64,000 nucleotides of DNA from the NCBI GenBank assembly GCA_013151745.1, contig JAADHS010000012.1, positions 4,354 to 68,353 on the forward strand, written 5' to 3'. The notes under the pieces were generated by a model, which was given only the letters and a program-made list of their open reading frames with translations, was not told the DNA's origin and did no database searches. Below, piece after piece: positions 31,473 to 39,523 of this stretch. The translations under genes were made by a program, and so were the position numbers. The stretch is from Gammaproteobacteria bacterium (GTDB lineage: Bacteria > Pseudomonadota > Gammaproteobacteria > JAADHS01). Position 1 is the stretch's first letter. The number at the start of each line of letters is the position of its first letter.

Positions 31473-31571
31473 TTTTTTCCGCATAGTTAGGCGGATCAAG
31501 AGCTTGTATCCAAGAAATCGGGTATCAATGCTCTACATCGTGGATCAACAGCGTTTTTTAGGTTAAATAGG
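31473..31571. repeat. Intergenic repeat element copy C
   Basis: TTTTTTCCGCATAGTTAGGCGGATCAAGAGCTTGTAT is shared with copy D. GGGTATCAATGCTCTACATCGTGGATCAACAGCGTTTTTTAGGTTAAATAGG is shared with copy A. Confidence 0.7.
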
Positions 31572-31640
31572 GAAGTTATTATGTGCCTATTCCTACATGC
31601 TGTGTTTTAATAATTTTAGGTGATGGAGAAGTAGTGTTAC

Positions 31641-32411
31641 ATGGCTAAACTAATAGGCGCCATTATAGGTTTGATGTGGGGCGGTTTGTTGGGGCTGGTG
31701 CTGGGTGTTTTTATTGGGCACGTGGTAGGCCGAGTTCTGATTCACGTACTTCGTGGGGGAGGCCAACATCAAATAAAAGTACAGCATGCCTTTTTTGAAG
31801 CTACATTCGCTGTAATGGGACACTTGGCCAAAGCAGATGGCCGGGTAACAACAGAAGAAATCCAGGTTGCACGCCGTGTGATGCAAAACATGAAACTCGG
31901 TGAAGAAGCAACGCGCCAGGCGATGGCGTTGTTTGCTCAAGGTAAGTCCGCTGATTTTGATCTTGAAGGCGTGTTGTTAGATTTACGTCGAGTTGGCGGA
32001 TTGCGGCATCGCCATCTAATGCAAATATTTATTGAGATTCAGGTGAGTGCGGGTTATGCCGATGGTTCGTTAGGGAGTGCTGAACGGACTGTGCTCCTTA
32101 CGCTTTGCAAAGGCCTGGGTTTCACTGCCGCAGACCTTGAGCGTATCGAATCGAGGGTGAGTGCCGAAATCCATGGTCACCAGGTCGGTGGTGGCCTTTC
32201 TTTGGCCGATGCCTATGCCATACTCAATATTGAAGAAACAGCAATTGATGCTGAAGTTAAACGTGCCTACCGTAGGTTAATGAATCAACATCATCCAGAT
32301 AAGCTTGAGGCTAAGGGCTTGCCGAAAGAAATGATGAAAATTGCCGAAGAAAAAACGCATGAAATTCGAACTGCCTATGAACGAGTTCGTAAGGAAAGAG
32401 GGTTTAAGTAA
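31641..32411 (+). CDS. djlA: Co-chaperone DjlA (TM, TerB-like domain, C-terminal J domain)
   Basis: 256 aa: N-terminal TM helix, and a C-terminal J-domain with HPD (..AYRRLMNQHHPDKLEAKG..). Confidence 0.8.
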   Translation: MAKLIGAIIGLMWGGLLGLVLGVFIGHVVGRVLIHVLRGGGQHQIKVQHAFFEATFAVMGHLAKADGRVTTEEIQVARRVMQNMKLGEEATRQAMALFAQGKSADFDLEGVLLDLRRVGGLRHRHLMQIFIEIQVSAGYADGSLGSAERTVLLTLCKGLGFTAADLERIESRVSAEIHGHQVGGGLSLADAYAILNIEETAIDAEVKRAYRRLMNQHHPDKLEAKGLPKEMMKIAEEKTHEIRTAYERVRKERGFK

Positions 32412-32421
32412 GGGCAGCCTT

Positions 32422-32653
32422 AAAAATTAATTTACATTTATAACTTTCCACTTACTCATTGTAGCTGCCTTGTCTACAGGGATGTTGGCAAGGGGCGCGA
32501 GCATGATGCAGGAGCTAGCACCCAAAGAACCGGACATAAAAGGCGACTCAGGAGACAAAGCCGAGGACGGAAGATTTGTTCGTCAGTTACACGGCCACTG
32601 TTCGCCATTCCTACAATGGCGATTGAAAACCCATAAATGTAAACTAAATTTTT
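32422..32653. repeat. Intergenic repeat element copy G (about 230 bp, roughly 20-bp imperfect terminal inverted repeats)
   Basis: AAAAATTAATTTACATTTAT at 32422-32441 against the reverse complement of ATAAATGTAAACTAAATTTTT at 32633-32653. It has a nested IR CATTGTAGC/CTACAATGG and the internal module CAGGAGCTAGCACCCAAAGAACCGG, shared with copy A at 23 of 25 positions. Confidence 0.65.
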
Positions 32654-32666
32654 ACGGTTACCCTAA

Positions 32667-33119
32667 ATGAAACTTATTTTTATTGTTTTAAGCGCCTTGT
32701 TTTTATTAATTGTCACCGCTTTTGCTTTTCTAGCCTGGCAGTCCAAAACGGTACCCAAGTTGGGTTTGTTAGAGGGTCGTTTGGCACCTTGTAGCCATAC
32801 TCGAAATTGTGTCAACAGCATGATAATAAGTGGTTCATCGGGTATTGAACCTATACGCTTTAAAGGTGAATACGATGATGCCTGGAGTCAAATGAAACAG
32901 GCCATTCATGCTCTGGGCGGCAATATAGAACAGGCAAAGGATGACTATCTCTGGGCTACATTTCGTAGTCCATTATTTTCTTTTGTTGATGATGTCGAAA
33001 TATTAATGGATAGGCAATCTCAATTGTTTAACATACGTTCTGCGTCCAGAGTAGGACATTCTGATTTTTCAGCCAATCAAAAACGAGTTGTGGCGCTGCA
33101 AAAGGCCTTTATAGAATAA
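32667..33119 (+). CDS. DUF1499-family protein
   Basis: 150 aa: N-terminal TM/signal anchor, then a conserved ..LAPCSHTRNCVNS.. region characteristic of DUF1499. Confidence 0.55.
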   Translation: MKLIFIVLSALFLLIVTAFAFLAWQSKTVPKLGLLEGRLAPCSHTRNCVNSMIISGSSGIEPIRFKGEYDDAWSQMKQAIHALGGNIEQAKDDYLWATFRSPLFSFVDDVEILMDRQSQLFNIRSASRVGHSDFSANQKRVVALQKAFIE

Positions 33120-33162
33120 GGGCGTGCATCGTTAAAAATAGGGCGTCCGAATAGCGACCAAT

Positions 33163-33909
33163 ATGATCCAATTGAACAAGCTTAGCGTGATCTATAATCG
33201 CGGTATATTGACGGCGCTGCATCCTACCACGATTGAATTTCGCCGTGGCGAGTTTACCGTTTTATTAGGTACTTCCGGGGCGGGAAAATCGACACTGTTA
33301 CGTAGTCTGAATTTGCTCAATACGCCGACCAGCGGTGAAGTGAGCGTAGCCGGTGTGTGCATCAACAATGCTCGGGCACTCCGTAATCATCGACGCAATA
33401 CCGCCATGATTTTTCAACAGCATCAATTAATGCGTCGGCAAACGGCACTGTATAATGTGCTTGCGGGGCGCCTGGGTTACTACTCTTCACTGCGCAGTTT
33501 GTTGCCTATGCGTGAGGTCGATCGACAATTGGCGTTGCACTGTTTGGAACGGGTGGGTCTGTTAGATAAGGCGCTGGAGCGGGTAGACTGTCTCAGTGGT
33601 GGCCAAATGCAGAGAGTGGGTATCGCTCGTGCTTTGGTGCAACAGCCCAAAGTGTTGCTTGCCGATGAGCCGGTGGCCAGCCTTGATCCGAGCTGCGCGC
33701 ATCAGGTGATGTCATTGTTACAAGGTCTCTGTGCAGAAAAAAATATGACTACCGTGGTGAGTCTTCATCAGGTGGAATTCGCCAAAATTTATGCTCAGCG
33801 TATTGTGGCGTTGGTCGAAGGGCAAGTGATCTTCGATGGTTGTGTTGATGAACTCACTGATGATATTGTCAAAAAAATATACTCGACACCGTTACTCGGG
33901 AGTTATTAA
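33163..33909 (+). CDS. phnC: Phosphonate ABC transporter ATP-binding protein
   Basis: 248 aa: Walker A GTSGAGKST, the ABC signature LSGGQMQRV, and Walker B LLADEP. Confidence 0.85.
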   Translation: MIQLNKLSVIYNRGILTALHPTTIEFRRGEFTVLLGTSGAGKSTLLRSLNLLNTPTSGEVSVAGVCINNARALRNHRRNTAMIFQQHQLMRRQTALYNVLAGRLGYYSSLRSLLPMREVDRQLALHCLERVGLLDKALERVDCLSGGQMQRVGIARALVQQPKVLLADEPVASLDPSCAHQVMSLLQGLCAEKNMTTVVSLHQVEFAKIYAQRIVALVEGQVIFDGCVDELTDDIVKKIYSTPLLGSY

Positions 33910-33910
33910 T

Positions 33911-34753
33911 TTGGTCAACAATATCAAATCTATTTTGTTGTTTTTGGCGATAATCTTATCTTGCTCATTGATGGCAGCCGATAATAATCCGACAACTATA
34001 AAAATAGCGCTGCTCCCCGATGAAGATGCGGCCACCTTGATTAAAAAACATCAGCGTTTCAAAGCCTACCTAACTGAGCACTTGGGGCGGGAAATCGAGT
34101 TATTGGTGACGACCGATTACTCGTCAATGATCGAGGCGATGCGCCATGCTCGTATTGATTTGGGGTATTTTGGTCCGTTAAGCTATGTCATTGCTCGCTC
34201 TCGCAGTAATATCGAGGCTTTCGCTGCTAAAACAAATCATGGCAGCTCGACTTATCAGGCAGTGGTGGTGGGTAGTGTTCGGAGGGGCGTGATGAGCTTA
34301 GATGAAATCAAAGGCGGTGATATGGCCTATGGAGATTTGGCTTCCACTTCGTCCCATCTGATTCCTAAAAAGATGCTGCTGGATGCCAAGTTGCAAGCGG
34401 GTAAGGATTACCAGGCACATTTTCTGGGGGCTCATGATGCGGTGGCGATGGCAGTGCAACGAGGCCATGCCTCGGCGGGTGGTTTATCGAAACCGATATT
34501 TGAAATGTTGCTAGAACGCGGTGTGATCGATGTTAATAAGGTGCGGGTTTTAGCTGTCTCAACGCCCTTTCCACAATACCCGTGGGCAATGCGCAGCGAT
34601 TTGAACCCGGTATTGAAGGCGCGCATCAAAAGGGCTTTTTATCAGCTACAGGATAAAAATATTCTCAAAACGATGAAGGCCGAAGGATTAGTACCGGTGA
34701 GCGATATCGATTATGACATTGTCCGTGAATTAAAATCGGCGTTGGATCTTTGA
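33911..34753 (+). CDS. phnD: Phosphonate ABC transporter substrate-binding protein
   Basis: The start is moved to the in-frame TTG at 33911, immediately after the phnC stop. Signal peptide, then ..IKIALLPDED.. and ..GYFGPLSY.. motifs typical of PhnD/SsuA-like binding proteins. Confidence 0.8.
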   Translation: MVNNIKSILLFLAIILSCSLMAADNNPTTIKIALLPDEDAATLIKKHQRFKAYLTEHLGREIELLVTTDYSSMIEAMRHARIDLGYFGPLSYVIARSRSNIEAFAAKTNHGSSTYQAVVVGSVRRGVMSLDEIKGGDMAYGDLASTSSHLIPKKMLLDAKLQAGKDYQAHFLGAHDAVAMAVQRGHASAGGLSKPIFEMLLERGVIDVNKVRVLAVSTPFPQYPWAMRSDLNPVLKARIKRAFYQLQDKNILKTMKAEGLVPVSDIDYDIVRELKSALDL

Positions 34754-35550
34754 TGTCTGTTTCCTACAATAAAATTCTCCAAAAAGAACGGCTAAAGCGA
34801 CGAAAACTAAGTTTTCAGCTTGTTTTGATCGCGCTGGTTATTGTTGTATGCGCCTATGTTTCGGAATTGTTCGATGGACAAAGACTTATAGCAGGTGTGC
34901 CCAGTCTGTTGCTGATCTTTAGCGAAAGTATCCCACCTGATTTTAGTGATTGGCAGAGCTGGCTTCGTCCACTGTTCGATACTCTGGCAATGAGTATTGC
35001 AGGCACGGCTTTAGCGATGCTGGTGGCTGTCCCATTGGGGGTATTGGCCGCTCGTAATACGACGCCGCATGTACTGGTTTATCAGTTAGTACGAGGCATG
35101 CTTAATTTATTGCGTTCGATACCGGAATTGATCATGGGTATTCTATTTGTTGCGGCAGTGGGTTTTGGTGTGCTGCCAGGGGTATTGGCGCTGGCCTTTC
35201 ACTCTATTGGTATGGTAGGAAAGTTTATCGCAGAAACCATCGAACACGCAGACCCTGGGGTGATCGAGGCCATTCGCGCCACCGGAGCCAGCTCTTTTCA
35301 GGTGATGATTCACGGTGTACTGTCGCAGGTCATTCCACAGATTTGTGATGTGACCCTCTATCGTTGGGAGTATAATTTTCGTGCCTCTACCGTGATGGGT
35401 ATGGTCGGTGCAGGTGGTATTGGTTTTGAACTGATGAGCGCCTTGCGTTTAATGAATTATGATGAAGTTAGTGCTATCTTGCTGCTGATTTTACTATTGG
35501 TGACTCTTGTCGATAGTTTGGGTGCGAGCTTGCGGGAAAAGATGAAATAA
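34750..35550 (+). CDS. phnE: Phosphonate ABC transporter permease
   Basis: 266 aa with an ATGA overlap to phnD, six TM helices and the binding-protein-dependent permease EAA-like motif (..EAIRATGAS..). Confidence 0.85.
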   Translation: MMSVSYNKILQKERLKRRKLSFQLVLIALVIVVCAYVSELFDGQRLIAGVPSLLLIFSESIPPDFSDWQSWLRPLFDTLAMSIAGTALAMLVAVPLGVLAARNTTPHVLVYQLVRGMLNLLRSIPELIMGILFVAAVGFGVLPGVLALAFHSIGMVGKFIAETIEHADPGVIEAIRATGASSFQVMIHGVLSQVIPQICDVTLYRWEYNFRASTVMGMVGAGGIGFELMSALRLMNYDEVSAILLLILLLVTLVDSLGASLREKMK

Positions 35551-35673
35551 TTCGGCATCGTATAACCTGAATTCATAAATTTCCCGGTATTACAAAATTA
35601 CTTGATTCTTTGTAACGATACCTGTGGCGTTTGAAATTTAGCGAGTCGTTACAATTAGTTTATTTACAGCTCC

Positions 35674-35862
35674 TAGGGGCCGTTCTCAATTAACTGGGAG
35701 AGTGCATTTTCTAGGAGTTTTCTGTTCTGACAAGGCAGTTTTTGTGCGCAATGCCAGACATTGTTTTTGTGCGCAATGCCAGACATTGCAAGGAAAAACT
35801 AACGCGGTCAGGGCTGAAAACCACTGAAAAGGAACTTTCCATGTTAATTGAGAACGCCCCCT
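35674..35862. repeat. 189-bp element with 21-bp terminal inverted repeats and an internal 25-bp tandem duplication, in the selD promoter region
   Basis: TAGGGGCCGTTCTCAATTAAC at 35674-35694 against the reverse complement of GTTAATTGAGAACGCCCCCTA at 35842-35862, with 1 mismatch and TA at both outer ends. TTTTTGTGCGCAATGCCAGACATTG is repeated in tandem at 35739-35763 and 35764-35788. Confidence 0.75.
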
Positions 35863-35891
35863 AAGTGTGGCTGAGATAAAAAAATAAGAGT

Positions 35892-36986
35892 ATGCTTAAT
35901 ATGTCACAGGAAGATATCGAAAAAATGGAAATGACAAGCAGCAAAAAAAAATTAGTTTATTTAACCGAATACAGCCATGGTGCGGGCTGTGGCTGCAAGA
36001 TCTCCCCAGCGTTTTTAGAAAAAATACTGCATAGTGAACAACCTGCTCCCGTTTTTCCTAACTTACTTGTAGGCTATGGTCATTGTGATGATGCTGCTGT
36101 GTTTGATCTCGGCGATGGCTCGTCAATGATTAGTACCACTGATTTTTTTATGCCTATAGTCGATGATCCTTTTGAGTTTGGCCAAATCTCGGCCACTAAT
36201 GCCATCAGCGATATTTATGCCATGGGGGGGACCCCTTCAATGGCGATTTCGATTTTCGGTTGGCCGATTAATAAACTGGGGCTGGACATTGCCGCACAAG
36301 TGATCGAAGGTGGACGCCGTGCTTGCCATAATGCGGGTATTCCCCTGGCGGGTGGGCATTCCATTGATACTCCGGAACCTATTTTTGGTTTGGCGGTCAC
36401 CGGGAGAGTGGAAAATCAACATTTAAAACGGAACGACCAGGCACAAGCCGGTTGCCAACTGTTTCTCACTAAACCTTTGGGTATCGGTATCCTCACCACC
36501 GCAGAAAAGAAAAAATTGCTGAAACCAGAGCATGCTCGTTTGGCGCCTGAAACCATGTGTCAGCTCAATAGTATAGGGGTTGCTCTTGCGGCTTTACCAG
36601 GCGTAAAAGCAATGACCGATGTCACCGGTTTTGGTTTGCTGGGTCATTTGCTGGAGATGTGTGAAGGCAGTGCGTTGCAGGCAAAAATTTGTTATGACCG
36701 GATACCCAAATTAGCGGAGATTGAACGCTACTTAGAGTTAGGTTGTTCCCCTGGTGGGGCACAACGTAATTTCGAGAGTTACAGCCATAAACTGGGCGAA
36801 ATGCCGACATTGCAGCAACAAATTTTATGTGATCCACAAACTTCTGGTGGTTTGTTGGTCGCTGTTCGTCCTGATGGTGTGGATGCTTTTTTAGAAGTCA
36901 CCCAAAAACATGCTTTACAGTTGACCTGTATCGGTGAATTCAGTGAACGTAGAGAGCGTGCCGGTTATTATGTCGAGGTGATATAA
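35892..36986 (+). CDS. selD: Selenide, water dikinase (selenophosphate synthetase), Cys-type
   Basis: 364 aa with the HGAGCGCK motif, Cys rather than Sec (no in-frame TGA), and an AIR-synthase-like fold. Confidence 0.9.
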   Translation: MLNMSQEDIEKMEMTSSKKKLVYLTEYSHGAGCGCKISPAFLEKILHSEQPAPVFPNLLVGYGHCDDAAVFDLGDGSSMISTTDFFMPIVDDPFEFGQISATNAISDIYAMGGTPSMAISIFGWPINKLGLDIAAQVIEGGRRACHNAGIPLAGGHSIDTPEPIFGLAVTGRVENQHLKRNDQAQAGCQLFLTKPLGIGILTTAEKKKLLKPEHARLAPETMCQLNSIGVALAALPGVKAMTDVTGFGLLGHLLEMCEGSALQAKICYDRIPKLAEIERYLELGCSPGGAQRNFESYSHKLGEMPTLQQQILCDPQTSGGLLVAVRPDGVDAFLEVTQKHALQLTCIGEFSERRERAGYYVEVI

Positions 36987-36989
36987 AAA

Positions 36990-38096
36990 ATGCCTAAAAC
37001 GCTTCTTCCTCAACGTGATGACTATCGGCAACTGTTTCTGAATGAAACGCCATTGTTAGATGTTCGTGCACCCGTAGAGTATGAGTTAGGTGCCTTTCCT
37101 GTGACGCAAAACGTGCCAATAATTGATAACGATGAACGTCAAGCCATTGGTTTATGTTACAAGCAGAAAGGACAGGAGCATGCCATTGAACTGGGCTATC
37201 AACTCGTTAGTGGTGATCTCAAAGCACAGCGAATCGCAGCCTGGGTTGACTTTGTGCAGCAATATCGCAAAGGGGCTTTGTACTGTTTTCGAGGTGGTAT
37301 GCGTTCTGAAATTACTCAGCGCTGGATTTATGAGCAATCGGGTTTTATTTATCCCCGAATCAAAGGTGGCTACAAAGCCCTGCGCCATTTTCTGCTCAAT
37401 GAGCTGGATGTTTCAATAGCACAGCTTGATTTTACTCTACTTAGTGGGCGCACTGGTGTGGGTAAAACCAACTTGTTATATACGATGACCCGACAGGTTG
37501 ACCTCGAAGGTATCTATCGTCACTGTGGTTCGGCATTTGGCAAAATAGCACAGCAACAACCGAGTCAGATTGATATTGAAAACGAACTTTCTATTATTTT
37601 AATGAAGCATTGTCACTGGCAGCACAGCCATCTTTTATTAGAAGATGAATCTGCTAATATCGGTTCTCGGCGTATTCCTGATGTTTTGCTGGAAAAAATG
37701 GCGATGGCTCCCGTCGTTGTTTTGGAATCATCGCAGGATGATCGAGTTGAACTTATCTACCAAAAATATATTGTCGATTCCTGTCAACAACACCAAGCAC
37801 GGTATGGTATAGAACAAGGTGTTCGGTTATGGGTAGACAATTTAAGCTATGCCTTGTTAAAAATAAAACGTCGTTTAGGCGGTGCACGTTATGCTGATGC
37901 CAAAACTATGCTGGACGTAGCTTTAGCTAAACCATACGAACTCGCTATAGCAGAACACAAAACCTGGATCGCTTTTTTACTCAATGAATACTACGATACT
38001 ATGTATGATTACCAACTAAAAAATAAAGCTGATCGTGTACTGTTTAAAGGCAATAAGCAGGAAGTGAAAGCCTATTTTAAAAAATACGCTTTCTGA
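36990..38096 (+). CDS. mnmH: tRNA 2-selenouridine synthase
   Basis: 368 aa: N-terminal rhodanese domain (..LLDVRAPVEYELG..CFRGGMRS) plus a P-loop (SGRTGVGKT). It lies 3 bp after selD. Confidence 0.85.
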   Translation: MPKTLLPQRDDYRQLFLNETPLLDVRAPVEYELGAFPVTQNVPIIDNDERQAIGLCYKQKGQEHAIELGYQLVSGDLKAQRIAAWVDFVQQYRKGALYCFRGGMRSEITQRWIYEQSGFIYPRIKGGYKALRHFLLNELDVSIAQLDFTLLSGRTGVGKTNLLYTMTRQVDLEGIYRHCGSAFGKIAQQQPSQIDIENELSIILMKHCHWQHSHLLLEDESANIGSRRIPDVLLEKMAMAPVVVLESSQDDRVELIYQKYIVDSCQQHQARYGIEQGVRLWVDNLSYALLKIKRRLGGARYADAKTMLDVALAKPYELAIAEHKTWIAFLLNEYYDTMYDYQLKNKADRVLFKGNKQEVKAYFKKYAF

Positions 38097-38188
38097 AAAC
38101 GCATAGAGTTCAAGTGACCGGGATATTAGAACTTACAAAAGGGGAAAGTTTCAAAAAACGGGTCTGATGTGATTTTGATCATTTTATC

Positions 38189-38563
38189 TTAAAGTCGTTG
38201 TATCATAGCAAGGACGTTCTCCGGGGGACGCCCTATAGCCGCTTTGCCATTGGCAATAACAATGGGACGTTCTATTAATATAGGATTATTGACCATCGTA
38301 TTAACAAGAGCATCCATTGTTAACTCAGGGTCGTCCAGGTTTTCACTCTCGTATACTTTTTCTTTTCTTCGCATTAGGTCTCGAGGATCTTCAATGCCCA
38401 GCAATTTAATAATGTGCTTTAATTCTTTTTTATTCGGTGGTGTTTTCAGGTATTCAATGACCTGAATTTCTGTATCTGAAGCATGTTCTTCAAGCAGTTT
38501 AAGTGTTTGACGGGATTTTGAACACCGCGGATTATGATAAATAATAATGCATCCGTTTTCCAT
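38189..38563 (-). CDS. ArsC/Spx-family protein (YffB-like arsenate reductase family)
   Basis: Start set at ATG 38563 (MENGCIIIYHNPRCSKSRQ..) with a GGAG RBS. The CxxS motif is characteristic of the ArsC/Spx family. Confidence 0.7.
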   Translation of the reverse strand: MENGCIIIYHNPRCSKSRQTLKLLEEHASDTEIQVIEYLKTPPNKKELKHIIKLLGIEDPRDLMRRKEKVYESENLDDPELTMDALVNTMVNNPILIERPIVIANGKAAIGRPPENVLAMIQRL

Positions 38564-38699
38564 AAAATTCTCCAAAATAATTGATCCTAATTATCGTTGA
38601 AAAAGCGACAAAAAGCGAATGATGTTATTGTCCTGTCTAACTCATAACGGGTTGTTTCGTAAGGGTATAAAAAATAAGGTAAATTACATTAGCCTGTCT

Positions 38700-39509
38700 T
38701 TATAACGAATCTTTAGTATGAACAATGATCGCTTTATTGTCTGTTTTTTCACCAAACGAGGGATTATTGTTTCGACGCATTTTCCATTGAAAGTGATAAG
38801 TGCCAGGTTCTGATGGCGCTCGGATGACAAATTTAAATGTTTTGAAGGCGCCGGGTTGAGTTTGCTCTTTTTCTGAAAAATCAATTCTATTGACGAGCCA
38901 GGTTAAATTATGAGGCGGATTGCGCGACATTAAAAAAACGTTGCGATCAGTCCAGGTTTGGTTTCCTGTGTTTTTATAAATGATACTGACTTCATAGTTT
39001 TCGTTCGCCATCATGACTTGATCGATACTTTGTGCGATAAACTCCGAGTCGTAATCATGGCTATAGACAGCGATGCGACGGCCAACTTGAATTTTCGTAT
39101 TGGGGTTACTTTCTCCGAATACTCCTTTGTTGCGATGGGACATTTGCCAGTCAAAATTATAAGTACCCGCTTGTTGAGGGGCGGTGAGTGTGAAGATAAA
39201 ACTAGCAATTTCACCAGGTGAAACGCGGGTGTTTTTCGGAAGGTGGATTCGTTGTTTTCCCCATGTTTTTCTTGATAGCGTAGAGATTGCTTTTAATTCG
39301 TAAGAACCGTCGCTGTTCCAGGTTTGTGTGCTGGTATTTTTGAATTGAATAACCACTTTGAAAGTTTCACCCGGGTTAACAAGATCGGGTACTAACTGAG
39401 AGAGGAACTTGCTTTGTGCCATTGTTGGATGACTGACAAATAACAACATGAGCGTAAAAAGAAAAAACTTTATTTGACTGTGCTGGGTAAAACGAAGAAG
39501 TTTTGGCAT
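38700..39509 (-). CDS. Secreted protein with two tandem beta-rich (Ig-like) repeats of about 120 aa
   Basis: Start set at ATG 39509 (AGGA RBS; MPKLLRF..HPTMAQS signal peptide). Two internally similar halves: GETFKVVIQFKNTSTQTWNSDGSYELK...GTYNFDWQMSHRNKGVFGE, and ENYEVSIIYKNTGNQTWTDRNVFLMS...GTYHFQWKMRRNNNPSFGE. It lies 14 bp downstream of the ATPase gene. Confidence 0.55.
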   Translation of the reverse strand: MPKLLRFTQHSQIKFFLFTLMLLFVSHPTMAQSKFLSQLVPDLVNPGETFKVVIQFKNTSTQTWNSDGSYELKAISTLSRKTWGKQRIHLPKNTRVSPGEIASFIFTLTAPQQAGTYNFDWQMSHRNKGVFGESNPNTKIQVGRRIAVYSHDYDSEFIAQSIDQVMMANENYEVSIIYKNTGNQTWTDRNVFLMSRNPPHNLTWLVNRIDFSEKEQTQPGAFKTFKFVIRAPSEPGTYHFQWKMRRNNNPSFGEKTDNKAIIVHTKDSL

Positions 39510-39523
39510 TATTTTATCCTGAC

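Noticed and set aside
31217-31486. An 89-aa ORF in the fimV-djlA intergenic region
   Set aside because: It has no RBS, and the sequence is dominated by short repeated motifs (AGGGCG, TTTTTTCTAGGGCG). It runs into repeat copy C and is more likely non-coding or part of the repeat landscape.
32470-32670. A 66-aa ORF between djlA and the DUF1499 gene
   Set aside because: It lies wholly inside repeat element G, between its terminal inverted repeats. There is no RBS, and the same internal module occurs non-coding in copy A.
33836-33910. A 75-bp overlap of phnD with phnC in the ORF track
   Set aside because: The in-frame TTG at 33911 directly after the phnC stop precedes the signal peptide. The longer form would add a non-signal N-terminal extension.
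35739-35788. A 25-bp tandem direct repeat, a possible CRISPR-like array
   Set aside because: There are only two contiguous units with no spacers and no cas genes. It sits inside a TIR-bounded element and is not a CRISPR.
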